Position numbers and translations under genes: made by a program. From an uncultured Paludibacter sp. (GTDB lineage: Bacteria; Bacteroidota; Bacteroidia; Bacteroidales; Paludibacteraceae): 64,000 nucleotides of DNA. Of the stretch, positions 8,319-18,402 are shown piece by piece (positions within the stretch are counted from its first letter, which is position 1; every line of letters begins with the position of its first letter). Where the stretch lies: contig CAZMQV010000001.1 of the NCBI GenBank assembly GCA_964568675.1, forward strand, positions 74,307-138,306. Direction: 5' to 3'. The notes below the pieces were generated by a model, which saw only the letters and a program-made list of their open reading frames with translations, had not been told where the DNA came from and searched no databases.

Positions 8319-10223
8319 ATGGCAGACAAAAAATTAAATTTATTGGCTGACTTTCCTGCTGTGTCAACAATTCAATGGCGGGATGTAGTAAATAAAGACC
8401 TAAAAGGTGCCGACTACGACAAAAAATTGGTATGGCGCACCAACGAAGGTTTTAATTTACAGCCATTTTACAGAGCCGAAGACATTGACGGATTAAAATC
8501 TACCGATGTTAAACCGGCAACATTCCCTTATGTAAGAAGCACGAAACCTAACAACGAGTGGTTTGTGCGTCAAGACATCGAAGTGGAAGATGTTCAACTT
8601 GCTAACACCAAGGCACTTGGGCTACTTGGCAAAGGAGTTACTTCACTTGGTTTTGTCATTCATGGCAAGGATATGACTCCGGATTTTGTAGCGCAACTTC
8701 TGAAAGGAATTGTACCTACCGCGGTGGAGCTAAATTTCCGTATTTGTGTGAACAAAGCTCCTGCCTTGGCAATACAATTGACGGACTATTTCAAATCGAA
8801 TGGTTACTACGATGACCCCAAAAAGCTGGTTGGATCTATCAACGTGGACCCGATAAACCGCATGTTGCTTGCAGGCAAAGATCTTTCCGGCGAGTTCGTT
8901 GTAGAGAAAGCAAAAGCTGTGATAGAAGCAGCTGCAGGATTGCCTTTTTACCGAGTAGTAGGAGTGAATGCTATTACGCTGAGTAATGCAGGCGCATTTG
9001 TAGCACAAGAATTAGGCTTTGCGCTTGCTTGGGGAAATGAATATCTTTCGTCGCTTGTAGAAGCGGGTGTAGATAAATCGTTGGCCGCAAAAAAAATAAA
9101 ATTCAATTTTGGCGTTGGAAGTAATTACTTTATGGAAATCGCCAAATTCCGCGCTGCACGATTGTTGTGGGCGCAAATCGTTATGGCATATCAACCCGAA
9201 TGTCGTCATGAATGTCCAAACAATTTGCCTGATGGATTATGTCGATGTGCCGCCAAAATGCGCATTCACGCAGAGACAACACAATTCAATATGACCGTGT
9301 TTGACGCGAATGTGAACATGCTACGCACTCAAACCGAAGCGATGAGTGCCGCAATTGCTGGCGTTGACTCACTTACTGTACTTCCTTACGATATCTCATT
9401 CAAAAATTCAGACGAGTTTTCTGAGAGAATTGCGCGCAACCAGCAATTATTGCTAAAAGAAGAAAGCCATTTAGATAAAGCGATTGACCCAGCAGCCGGT
9501 TCATATTATATCGAAACGCTGACAAAAGAATTGGCGAAACAGGCTTGGGAGATTTTCTTAAATGTAGAAGAAAAAGGAGGTTTCTATGCTGCCGTAAAAG
9601 CCGGAGAAATTCAAAAAGCAGTGAAAGCAACTGCGTCAGCGCGACTGAAAGCTGTGTCGAGCCGCAAAGAGGTATTGCTTGGCACAAATCAATTCCCTAA
9701 TTTCACCGAAAAGACAGCTCATAAAGTGGATAAAGACTTGAAAAAAGATGGCTGTGGACATCATGAAGCAGGGAATGTAGAAACTTTGTTGCCCGTGCGT
9801 GGTGCATCCGAATTTGAAGAGCTTCGATTTGCTACCGAAAATGCCTCTAAAACACCAAAAGCTTTCATGCTCACTATCGGAAACTTAGCAATGCGTTTGG
9901 CGCGTGCACAGTTTTCGTCCAACTTCTTTTCGTGTGCCGGTTACGAGATTCTTGACAATCTTGGATTCTCGACCGTCGAAGAAGGAGTGGCTGCAGCCCA
10001 AAAAGCCGGAGCAGATGTGGTGATTCTTTGTTCAAGCGACGATGAATATGCCGAATTGGCTCCAAAAGCTTATGAGTTGGCTAAAGAGTTCGCGATATTT
10101 GTTGTGGCAGGAGCGCCAGCTTGTATGGATGATCTTAAAGCAGTCGGAATCGAACACTTTGTCAATGTCCGTTCCAACGTGTTGGAGACATTGAAAGGAT
10201 TCAATGCTAAACTTTTAAAATAA
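8319..10223 (+). CDS. mutA: Methylmalonyl-CoA mutase small (beta) subunit
   Basis: 634 aa, paralogous along its length to the large subunit at 12000 ([18 protein letters not shown] versus [18 protein letters not shown]; IARNQQLLLKEES versus [13 protein letters not shown]). It lacks the DxHxxG cobalamin-ligand motif. Confidence 0.9.
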   Translation: MADKKLNLLADFPAVSTIQWRDVVNKDLKGADYDKKLVWRTNEGFNLQPFYRAEDIDGLKSTDVKPATFPYVRSTKPNNEWFVRQDIEVEDVQLANTKALGLLGKGVTSLGFVIHGKDMTPDFVAQLLKGIVPTAVELNFRICVNKAPALAIQLTDYFKSNGYYDDPKKLVGSINVDPINRMLLAGKDLSGEFVVEKAKAVIEAAAGLPFYRVVGVNAITLSNAGAFVAQELGFALAWGNEYLSSLVEAGVDKSLAAKKIKFNFGVGSNYFMEIAKFRAARLLWAQIVMAYQPECRHECPNNLPDGLCRCAAKMRIHAETTQFNMTVFDANVNMLRTQTEAMSAAIAGVDSLTVLPYDISFKNSDEFSERIARNQQLLLKEESHLDKAIDPAAGSYYIETLTKELAKQAWEIFLNVEEKGGFYAAVKAGEIQKAVKATASARLKAVSSRKEVLLGTNQFPNFTEKTAHKVDKDLKKDGCGHHEAGNVETLLPVRGASEFEELRFATENASKTPKAFMLTIGNLAMRLARAQFSSNFFSCAGYEILDNLGFSTVEEGVAAAQKAGADVVILCSSDDEYAELAPKAYELAKEFAIFVVAGAPACMDDLKAVGIEHFVNVRSNVLETLKGFNAKLLK

Positions 10224-10275
10224 AAAATTCAGAAATCTGCCGTCTTAAACAAATAACTCAAACTTGTGGTAGCAT

Positions 10276-10283
10276 TATATTTG
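10276..10283 (+). promoter_or_regulatory. TAnnTTTG -7 box (TATATTTG) upstream of the UbiA/CPBP pair
   Basis: Exact consensus match in the 128-bp gap after the mutA stop, 69 nt before the ATG at 10352. Confidence 0.45.
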
Positions 10284-10351
10284 TGATGTTGGCGAACTAC
10301 GACAGCGCTTTATTTGTTCAAAGACTTTAATATTCTAAATTTTTTATAAAT

Positions 10352-11260
10352 ATGAAACATAGTGTAAAAGAATGGTTTTTAGTTACCCGTCCTTGGGGAT
10401 ATCCGGCGTCATTGATACCCGGAATGGTTGCAATGTCGTATGTGTTTTATGCATATAAGACGCAATCTCTTATGGACATAAACTGGTGGTACGGAGTGTT
10501 AGCAACCCTGGGAGCGGCTATTTGGCAGGCTTCAGGTAATATGATAAGTGATTATTACGATTTCAAATATAAAGTTGATCGACTGGAAACTTACGGCACC
10601 GGCAGAATGTTGGTGGAGGGAAATTTTACCCCGAAAGAAGTTTATCGATACAGCCTTTCATTGATGTTTGTAGGCACGCTTATTGGGCTGTATCTCTTGT
10701 TCAACACTTCAATTCATCTGCTTTGGATAGGAGTGTTGGGGGCGTTGGGAACCTACTTTTATTTTTACATGAAATATCGCGCTTGGGGCGATTTCAACAT
10801 TTTTATTCTTTACGGACAATTAATTGCTCTGGGAGTATATCTGGTGATGACCGGTAAGCTCTCGTGGGAAATTCTACTCGTAGCCGCTGCGCCAGGTTTG
10901 ATAATCGTGGCGATACTACATGCTAACAATGCACGCGATATAAAACATGACGGCGTGGTGAATATAAAAACATTTGCCATGCAGCTTGGGATTAAAAAAT
11001 CAATCGCATATTACACCGCGTTGTGTGTCGGTAGCTATTTGCTAATTATAGTGGCAGTAGTGTTAGGGGTGCTTCATCCGTTGAGTTTAATTGTGTTATT
11101 GTCATTGCCCCTGATGCTGAAAAACATAAGGCAAATGCGAAATGCGAAGGTTGAAACCCCGGAGATAATCAAAACTCTGGACGAACAAACCGCTCAGCAT
11201 CTTACAGCCTTTGGCGTGCTATTAATGATTGCGAATGTTGTCGCTGGCTTAATTGTATAA
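10352..11260 (+). CDS. UbiA-superfamily membrane prenyltransferase (MenA-like)
   Basis: 302 aa, about 8-9 TM. First Asp-rich motif NMISDYYDFKYKVD, second NNARDIKHDGVVNIKTFAMQLG. This resembles the MenA pattern N..RD...D...G..T. Confidence 0.85.
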   Translation: MKHSVKEWFLVTRPWGYPASLIPGMVAMSYVFYAYKTQSLMDINWWYGVLATLGAAIWQASGNMISDYYDFKYKVDRLETYGTGRMLVEGNFTPKEVYRYSLSLMFVGTLIGLYLLFNTSIHLLWIGVLGALGTYFYFYMKYRAWGDFNIFILYGQLIALGVYLVMTGKLSWEILLVAAAPGLIIVAILHANNARDIKHDGVVNIKTFAMQLGIKKSIAYYTALCVGSYLLIIVAVVLGVLHPLSLIVLLSLPLMLKNIRQMRNAKVETPEIIKTLDEQTAQHLTAFGVLLMIANVVAGLIV

Positions 11261-11263
11261 TCC

Positions 11264-11881
11264 ATGACCAAGTCAAAAGTTCTTATACCAATATTAGTTG
11301 CCGCAATCTTGTGGTTTCTTATGTTCTCGGTTTGGACTGCTCATTGGTTCAATTTCTGGGTTGGTATAGCCATTTCGGCGCTAATTTTGATGCTGATTGC
11401 ATTTGTATTGAAGCGCGATATGGTTAAGTCTTTTCGGCTTAATTGGAGTGGTGTTGTGATTGGTTTATCATCTGCGGTGCTTCTATGGGGCATCTTCTTC
11501 GTGGGCGATTATCTTGCAGCTAAACTTTTCGACTTTGCCAGCAATCAAGTTGACAGCATTTATGCCATGAAAGCGGGAAACAGCAAACTGTGGATTGGCT
11601 TAGGGCTACTCTTTGTTATGGGGCCTGCAGAGGAAATTTTCTGGCGTGGCTTTGTGCAACATTCTTTGATGGAGCGTTTCGGCGAATGGCGCGGATTTAT
11701 TTTCGCCACATTAGTGTATGCGCTCATCCACATCTGGTCGTTCAATTTTATGTTGGTAATGGCTGCTCTGGTTTGTGGTATTTTCTGGGGATTGCTCTAT
11801 AAGAAAACAAAAAATCTTGTTCCCCTGATTATTTCTCACGCCGTTTGGGATGTTGCCGTGTTTATCGTTTGGCCAATATAA
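11264..11881 (+). CDS. CPBP-family intramembrane glutamic protease (CAAX protease / bacteriocin-processing family)
   Basis: 205 aa. Motif 1 EEIFWRGF, motif 2 YALIHIW, motif 3 SHAVWD. It starts 3 nt after the UbiA stop. Confidence 0.85.
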   Translation: MTKSKVLIPILVAAILWFLMFSVWTAHWFNFWVGIAISALILMLIAFVLKRDMVKSFRLNWSGVVIGLSSAVLLWGIFFVGDYLAAKLFDFASNQVDSIYAMKAGNSKLWIGLGLLFVMGPAEEIFWRGFVQHSLMERFGEWRGFIFATLVYALIHIWSFNFMLVMAALVCGIFWGLLYKKTKNLVPLIISHAVWDVAVFIVWPI

Positions 11882-11999
11882 TTCGTGTAAAGTTTCATTA
11901 GTTTAAATAACTCAATTAATTGAAATTATAAAAATATTTCCATAAAAAATAGTGTTTTCAGTCTGAATATCAGCGAGAGAACAAAATAAAAATATAATT

Positions 12000-14126
12000 A
12001 TGAAACCAGATTTTAAAAGTATCAACATCGATGATTTTTCGATAGGTACAGCAATTCCCGAAATCGAAGGCTTGTGGCTCACCCCCGAACAAATAGAGGT
12101 GAAACCAAGCTATACCAAAGAAGATTTGCAAGGCATGGAACATCTGAGTTATGCTGCCGGTATCGCGCCTTTCTTGCGTGGTCCTTACAGCACTATGTAT
12201 GTGATGCGCCCCTGGACTATTCGCCAATATGCCGGCTTCTCAACCGCCGATGAGAGTAATGCTTTCTACCGCCGCAATCTGGCAGCTGGTCAAAAAGGTC
12301 TTTCAGTAGCATTCGACCTGGCTACACACCGCGGCTACGATGCCGACCATGATCGTGTGGTAGGCGATGTAGGGAAAGCAGGTGTGTCCATCTGCTCTGT
12401 TGAAGATATGAAAGTTTTGTTTGATGGAATACCATTGAACAAAATGTCTGTTTCCATGACGATGAACGGTGCGGTTTTGCCTGTTTTGGCTTTCTATATC
12501 GTAGCCGGAATGGAACAGGGAGCAAGCCTTGAAGAGATGGCCGGTACCATACAGAATGATATTTTGAAAGAATTTATGGTGCGAAACACATACATTTATC
12601 CGCCAAAATTCTCAATGAAAGTCATTGCGGACATCTTCGAATATACATCCAAAAATATGCCTAAATTCAACTCCATTTCTATTTCCGGTTACCACATGCA
12701 GGAAGCGGGCGCTACTGCCGACATTGAGTTGGCCTATACGCTTGCCGATGGACTTGAGTATCTGCGCGCCGGGGTTAACGCAGGAATGGATATCGATTCG
12801 TTTGCACCCCGTTTGTCTTTCTTCTGGGCTATCGGCATGAATCATTTCATGGAAATAGCCAAGATGCGTGCTGCGCGACTGCTTTGGGCTAAAATTGTGA
12901 AACAATTCAATCCGAAAAATCCTAAATCATTGGCACTGCGTACACACTCGCAAACTTCCGGATGGTCGCTCACCGAGCAAGATCCGTTCAATAATGTAGG
13001 TCGTACGGCTATCGAAGCCATGGCAGCTGCATTGGGACACACGCAGTCGCTTCACACCAACGCGTTGGACGAAGCAATTGCGCTACCTACCGATTTTTCG
13101 GCTCGTATTGCGCGAAATACACAGATTTACATTCAGGAAGAAACTGATATTACACGTCAAGTTGACCCTTGGGCAGGTTCATACTATGTAGAGTCTTTGA
13201 CCAACGAAATTGCCGATAAAGCCTGGGCGCTAATTGAAGAGGTGGAAAAACTGGGAGGAATGGCTGCTGCCATCGAAACCGGTATCCCTAAAATGCGTAT
13301 CGAAGAAGCTGCGGCGCGCACACAAGCGCGTATTGACTCCGGCAATCAAGTTATCGTAGGAGTAAATCAATATCGTTTGGAAAAAGAAGACCCTATCGAT
13401 ATTCTTGAAGTGGACAATACGGCAGTACGCGAGCAGCAAATTGCCCGGTTAAAATCACTTCGTGCAAATAGAGACAATGCCGCGGTGCAAAAGGCGCTCG
13501 ATGCAATAACCGATTGCGTAAATACCGGAAATGGAAACTTGTTGGCATTGGCTGTTGAAGCTGCAAAGCTTCGCGCAAGTCTTGGAGAAATTTCGGATGC
13601 CTGCGAAAAAATCGTAGGACGTTATAAAGCAACCATTAGAACAATTTCAGGAGTGTATTCATCAGAAACTAAAAACGACGCGGACTTTACTCGCGCATCA
13701 GCGCTGACCGATGAGTTCGCCAAAAAAGAAGGACGTCGTCCACGCATTATGATTGCCAAAATGGGGCAAGATGGTCATGACCGAGGTGCGAAAGTAGTAG
13801 CTACCGGCTATGCCGACTGCGGATTTGATGTGGATATGGGTCCGTTGTTTCAAACACCGGCCGAAGCCGCAAAACAAGCTGTTGAAAACGATGTGCATGT
13901 ACTTGGCGTTTCGTCGCTCGCGGCAGGTCATAAGACATTGGTGCCTCAGGTGATGGAGGAGCTGAAAAAACTCGGACGTGAAGATATTGTTGTCATTGCG
14001 GGTGGGGTAATTCCTGCGCAAGATTATGATTATCTTTACAAGGCAGGTGTAGCCGCAATTTTTGGCCCTGGAACTTCGGTGGCTAAAGCGGCTTGCAGCA
14101 TTATGGACATATTGCTTGAAGATTAA
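12000..14126 (+). CDS. mutB: Methylmalonyl-CoA mutase large (alpha) subunit, B12-dependent
   Basis: 708 aa. Substrate barrel [14 protein letters not shown] and FHTNALDEA-type regions. C-terminal cobalamin domain [29 protein letters not shown] (DxHxxG) and [12 protein letters not shown]. Confidence 0.95.
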   Translation: MKPDFKSINIDDFSIGTAIPEIEGLWLTPEQIEVKPSYTKEDLQGMEHLSYAAGIAPFLRGPYSTMYVMRPWTIRQYAGFSTADESNAFYRRNLAAGQKGLSVAFDLATHRGYDADHDRVVGDVGKAGVSICSVEDMKVLFDGIPLNKMSVSMTMNGAVLPVLAFYIVAGMEQGASLEEMAGTIQNDILKEFMVRNTYIYPPKFSMKVIADIFEYTSKNMPKFNSISISGYHMQEAGATADIELAYTLADGLEYLRAGVNAGMDIDSFAPRLSFFWAIGMNHFMEIAKMRAARLLWAKIVKQFNPKNPKSLALRTHSQTSGWSLTEQDPFNNVGRTAIEAMAAALGHTQSLHTNALDEAIALPTDFSARIARNTQIYIQEETDITRQVDPWAGSYYVESLTNEIADKAWALIEEVEKLGGMAAAIETGIPKMRIEEAAARTQARIDSGNQVIVGVNQYRLEKEDPIDILEVDNTAVREQQIARLKSLRANRDNAAVQKALDAITDCVNTGNGNLLALAVEAAKLRASLGEISDACEKIVGRYKATIRTISGVYSSETKNDADFTRASALTDEFAKKEGRRPRIMIAKMGQDGHDRGAKVVATGYADCGFDVDMGPLFQTPAEAAKQAVENDVHVLGVSSLAAGHKTLVPQVMEELKKLGREDIVVIAGGVIPAQDYDYLYKAGVAAIFGPGTSVAKAACSIMDILLED

Positions 14127-14176
14127 GTAATTACGTTTATGTCGCCGATATAAACCTATTTATTTTGATAAGATTG

Positions 14177-14218
14177 AAAAAAACCGAATCTATCCCAAAG
14201 GATATTTTCGGTTTTTTT
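14177..14218. terminator. Bidirectional terminator after mutB
   Basis: A-run plus ACCGAA ... TTCGGT plus T-run, with an inner TATCC/GGATA pairing. Confidence 0.7.
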
Positions 14219-14244
14219 GTACATGTTTCTTTATTGTTAAATAT

Positions 14245-14637
14245 TCACTTAATAAGAATCAGAATCGGTAAAAGGAAAAGAAAAATCAAACAGAAATAGA
14301 CAACTGCTAAGCCATGCAAGAATGTGTAACCAAACAAAAAAATAAGGATAGCTATTGCTTGCTTGTTTTTCAGCGAATGTTTTTGTTGCCAAACTATCAG
14401 AAGCCATCCCAAACAATACATGAATATAGATAGCTCATCACCTTGGTTGTTGGTAATAAAGCAGAAATACTTATTTTCGAGATAGCTCGAATAGCTTGTG
14501 AATACTTTTAATTGTAATATCTCGGGTTTGTACGCCTCAATAAGGGTGAAATAAACTCCAACGATTCCGGCAAGGATAGCAAGCGGGGCGACTGCAATCA
14601 ATGCTTTGTCCTTTTGGCTCAATCGCGATTTATCCAT
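14245..14637 (-). CDS. Small integral membrane protein of unknown function
   Basis: 130 aa, about 4 hydrophobic helices. Its start overlaps the stop of the upstream lipoprotein gene by 1 nt, consistent with translational coupling. Confidence 0.55.
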   Translation of the reverse strand: MDKSRLSQKDKALIAVAPLAILAGIVGVYFTLIEAYKPEILQLKVFTSYSSYLENKYFCFITNNQGDELSIFMYCLGWLLIVWQQKHSLKNKQAIAILIFLFGYTFLHGLAVVYFCLIFLFLLPILILIK

Positions 14638-15323
14638 TATATTTTTGTGGATTTAAAGATAGTGCCGTCTTCAAGATAGAGTTCGAAACCTACAAGACCA
14701 AATTTGTGATTCCCGATAAATATTATTTTAGAATATCCCGGCGAACTCGATGGATGTTCCACTTTCACCACTTTAATATTAAAGAATGCGTATTGATAAT
14801 CATCTGTTGTGGAATGATGAATAACTTTGTATTCCAGTTTTTTGTTATCTTTGCTTGTAAAAAACCATTTGTCTCCCACCTTAGCGTCATATTTCATTAT
14901 AACAATTTGTTTGCCGGATGAGTTAATAAGCGCAAAGCCTTCACTGCTATTTGTTGCTTTTATTCTAATTTTTATTTTACCGTTCGAATCGATATAGCTC
15001 GATGCTGGCTGGCCAAATAGTTCCATTGTCAAATTGTCACCAATCAAACTTTCTTTTCCTTTAAGAGAATTTGGAACTGGTATCGTAGTTTCAAAAGTTG
15101 TAATTCCATTACTGTTTTCTACTACCTTGGATTGGATGTCAGGAATGGAAGTGCCATTCATAGTTGTAATGCCTTTTGCAGTGGCTCCTACTTGGTTTTC
15201 AGCAAAATTAGTATCGCCTCCGATAGTAAGGCTTTTACCCCCGTTTTCTTTTTCGCAAGCAATGACCAGCAACATGATGAGTACCGGCATAATAAATCGG
15301 AAAGATTTGATAGTTGTTTTCAT
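14637..15323 (-). CDS. Lipoprotein of unknown function (beta-rich)
   Basis: 228 aa. Lipobox MPVLIMLLVIAC-EKENGG. No recognisable catalytic motif. Confidence 0.65.
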   Translation of the reverse strand: MKTTIKSFRFIMPVLIMLLVIACEKENGGKSLTIGGDTNFAENQVGATAKGITTMNGTSIPDIQSKVVENSNGITTFETTIPVPNSLKGKESLIGDNLTMELFGQPASSYIDSNGKIKIRIKATNSSEGFALINSSGKQIVIMKYDAKVGDKWFFTSKDNKKLEYKVIHHSTTDDYQYAFFNIKVVKVEHPSSSPGYSKIIFIGNHKFGLVGFELYLEDGTIFKSTKI

Positions 15324-15424
15324 GATAATGTATTTTTTTAGGGTTAAGAAAATTATTTGGATAAATGATTCGGATTGTGCTCTTAAATTTGATTCACAAA
15401 AATGATAATTTTTTTTGTCATTTA

Positions 15425-15462
15425 TTTCCTGATTCGTAAAAATCTTTTCCTGATTCGTAAAA
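15425..15462. repeat. Perfect 17-nt direct repeat TTTCCTGATTCGTAAAA, two copies spaced 21 bp
   Basis: Copies at 15425-15441 and 15446-15462, read directly from the sequence. They lie in the noncoding gap upstream of the lipoprotein operon. Confidence 0.8.
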
Positions 15463-15864
15463 TTTTATTGAGAAAGCCGGATAATGCGTGTTTAACTCTT
15501 TCGTTTCAATTAAAGTCGAAGATTAATATAGCAATTGAGAGAAATACTCGAAATTTTTTGTTAGCTGTTTCTTTTTTCGATTCTGCATTCTTGTACGCTG
15601 ATTTTTGCTGATTATTTTCTGTACAAAAATCGGCGAGGATGCTGGATCACTCAGTCTTTGGCTATTAGCCATTAGCTTTTGGCAATTAGCTAACGTGCCA
15701 CGAACAATGGCCATCATTACCATTAATTTACGAGCTGTAACATACACTTTTGCAACTGAACATTTCTATTTTGTACTACAACAATAATAGAAATGTTTCG
15801 ATACAAAACTATTTTGTACTACTGTAAAATCAATATCGCAAGCTTTATTTTTTACCCTTAATCA

Positions 15865-16194
15865 CTACGACGTGCATATCTCATACGGTGATTTGGCGTC
15901 AACAATATATCGGAATTTTAGATAGGTATATCCCTGAAATCTGTTTATTAAAAATACCTGACAAAAATCGAGATTATAAGAACTAAAGCATATCAACATT
16001 CGGTCGAGATTATCATGACAATTCATGATCGCCGATTTTTTCTGATATTTTTCTGAATAAAATTGGTAAGAGAAGATTGCAACTAGTTGATGGGGGATTT
16101 CAGAATCGGAATTATACAGCCATTCATTCCTCCCGCACAAACCGGCAGCGCTAACGCATACTGCAACAAACGTACTCTCATTCCTGTAAAACAT
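15865..16194 (-). CDS. Doubtful hypothetical ORF (109 aa)
   Basis: The only ORF over 100 aa in the 15324-16358 gap. Cys-rich, with odd composition and no recognisable motif. It may be noncoding or a gene remnant. Confidence 0.25.
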   Translation of the reverse strand: MFYRNESTFVAVCVSAAGLCGRNEWLYNSDSEIPHQLVAIFSYQFYSEKYQKKSAIMNCHDNLDRMLICFSSYNLDFCQVFLINRFQGYTYLKFRYIVDAKSPYEICTS

Positions 16195-16310
16195 AAGGTG
16201 TTTTTGTGGAGAAGGTAAAGGTAGGCAGTTACGCGAAGACGATGCAAGAATGTGAAAGTGGTATGCTTGCTTTGGGAGGCTTACACGGCTTATTTGAGAT
16301 GTTTACAACG

Positions 16311-16336
16311 AAAGCTCCACTTTTCGGTGGAGCTTT
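16311..16336 (-). terminator. Hairpin terminator downstream of tkt
   Basis: AAAGCTCCAC (16311-16320) pairs with GTGGAGCTTT (16327-16336), 23 nt past the tkt stop. Confidence 0.6.
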
Positions 16337-16358
16337 CGTTGATAAATTATCGTTTGTA

Positions 16359-18368
16359 TTACAACATGGATTTTACTTGATTGAAGATATTTTCGGCAGT
16401 AAATCCAAGCTTTTCGTCAAGTACATTGTATGGGGCAGAAAAACCAAATGACTCAAGACCCCAGGTTTTCCCATTCTCGCCAACCAGTCCGATAAGATTC
16501 ACAGGCAATCCGGCTGTAAGGCCAAATCGTTTTATACCCAATGGTAAAACTGACTCTTGATATTCTGGGGTTTGGTTGCGGAAAAGTCCTTCACTTGGCA
16601 CCGATACGATTCTCACCTTTACACCTTCTTTGCGAAGCAGTTCGGCTCCGTCAACCAGAGTGGAAACTTCTGAACCTGACGCCAATAATACAACATCCGG
16701 ATTGCCATCGCAGCTTACCACATATGCGCCTTTCTCGGCTTGATTTTGACTATTTCCCGGTAAGTTTTTGATGTTTTGACGCGAAAGTATCAGCGCGGTG
16801 GGTGTTTTCAAGTTTTCCATCGCCATTTTCCACGAAACGGTTGTTTCTTCTACGTCAGCCGGGCGAAGTACGAGGGTTGAGTTTTCGCCTTTGTGATTTT
16901 TTAGTTTTTCCATCAGTCGGATTTGTGCTTCTTGCTCCACAGGTTCGTGAGTTGGTCCGTCTTCGCCTACGCGGAAAGCATCGTGAGTCCAGATGTATTT
17001 TATTGGAAGTTCCATCAATGCGGCCATACGAACAGCAGGTTTCATATAGTCGGAGAATACGAAGAATGTACCACAAGCAACATGAATGCCACCATGGAGC
17101 GCGATGCCGTTGCACAAACAAGCCATTGTCAGTTCCGAAACTCCGGCTTGAAGGAATTTACCTGAGAAATCATCTTTTTGTAAAGCTTTTGTCTTTTTTA
17201 GAAATCCGTCTGTTTTGTCAGAGTTGCTCAGGTCAGCGCTCGATACAATCATGTTTTCTACATTTTCCGCAAGGAAACCCAATACGGTAGCCGATGCGGC
17301 GCGAGTAGCCTGTCCGGCTTTTTGCTCTATCGTGTCCCAATTAAGAGTTTGTAAGTTTCCTGAGAAATATGATTCAAGTTTTTGAGCCAATTCGGGGTTT
17401 TCCTTAGCCCATACTTCTTTTTCAGCTTTTTTTACTTTAACCAATTCATTAAGTTCTTCTTCTCTGCGCGCATAGATTGCCTTGCTTTCTTCGAAGATAG
17501 CGAATGGTTCGTCCGGATTTCCACCCAAGTTTTTAATAGTTGCGGGAAAGTTAGCTTTTGTCGCGCTGAGTGGCTGTCCGTGTGTGTCAACTGTATTTTC
17601 GTAGCTTTCTCCTTCGGTGGTAACGGCGCCTTTAGCCATGATTGTGTTCCCAATAATCAGAGTAGGTCTTTTTTTCTCCTTTTTAGCTTCCTTGAGGGCG
17701 GTGCGGATTTCGGTTACACTGTGTCCGTCAATTTCAATCACATTCCATCCCCAGGCTTGATATTTCATTTTTACATTTTCGCTCGTTACAAAGTTGGCGT
17801 AAGTGGAAAGTTGTACATTGTTCGAGTCGTAGAACATTATTAGATTGTCCAGCCCAAGATGTCCTGCTATTCTTCCTGCGCCTTGCGATACTTCTTCCTG
17901 AACTCCGCCATCAGAGATGTATGTGTAGATGGTTTGGTTCATTATTTCGCCAAAACGATTTTTCAGAAATTTTGCGGCGATAGCGGCGCCTACTGCATAG
18001 GTATGTCCTTGCCCTAATGGACCCGAAGTATTTTCAATTCCTCGGGCTACATCTTTTTCAGGATGTCCCGGAGTGATGCTTTCCCATTGACGAAACTGTT
18101 TCAGATCGTCAATACTGAACTTGTTCGCAAGTGTCAAAACGGAGTAGAGCATGGGCGACATGTGTCCGGGATCTAAGAAGAAACGGTCTCTGCTTTCCCA
18201 ATTTGGATTTTTTGGATCGTATTCCAGAAACTCCGAATAGAGTACATTAATAAAATCGGCACCACCCATTGACCCTCCAGGATGACCTGAATTGGCTTTT
18301 TCAACCATCGACGCACTCAATATCCGGATATTGTCGGCGGCTTTGTTTAATTCTTGTGTTGTGTTCAT
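16359..18368 (-). CDS. tkt: Transketolase
   Basis: 669 aa. TPP motifs SGHPGGSMGGADF and SDGGVQEEVSQGA, plus HDAFRVGEDGPTHEPVEQ. Confidence 0.95.
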   Translation of the reverse strand: MNTTQELNKAADNIRILSASMVEKANSGHPGGSMGGADFINVLYSEFLEYDPKNPNWESRDRFFLDPGHMSPMLYSVLTLANKFSIDDLKQFRQWESITPGHPEKDVARGIENTSGPLGQGHTYAVGAAIAAKFLKNRFGEIMNQTIYTYISDGGVQEEVSQGAGRIAGHLGLDNLIMFYDSNNVQLSTYANFVTSENVKMKYQAWGWNVIEIDGHSVTEIRTALKEAKKEKKRPTLIIGNTIMAKGAVTTEGESYENTVDTHGQPLSATKANFPATIKNLGGNPDEPFAIFEESKAIYARREEELNELVKVKKAEKEVWAKENPELAQKLESYFSGNLQTLNWDTIEQKAGQATRAASATVLGFLAENVENMIVSSADLSNSDKTDGFLKKTKALQKDDFSGKFLQAGVSELTMACLCNGIALHGGIHVACGTFFVFSDYMKPAVRMAALMELPIKYIWTHDAFRVGEDGPTHEPVEQEAQIRLMEKLKNHKGENSTLVLRPADVEETTVSWKMAMENLKTPTALILSRQNIKNLPGNSQNQAEKGAYVVSCDGNPDVVLLASGSEVSTLVDGAELLRKEGVKVRIVSVPSEGLFRNQTPEYQESVLPLGIKRFGLTAGLPVNLIGLVGENGKTWGLESFGFSAPYNVLDEKLGFTAENIFNQVKSML

Positions 18369-18402
18369 AATTTATATTGTATTTTTGGTTATAATTTTCT
18401 GT

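Noticed and set aside
15402-15787. Small ORFs (60-74 aa) in the 15.3-16.4 kb gap
   Set aside because: They are low-complexity and Phe/Ile/Leu-rich, as expected from AT-rich noncoding DNA. They overlap one another on both strands and have no motifs.
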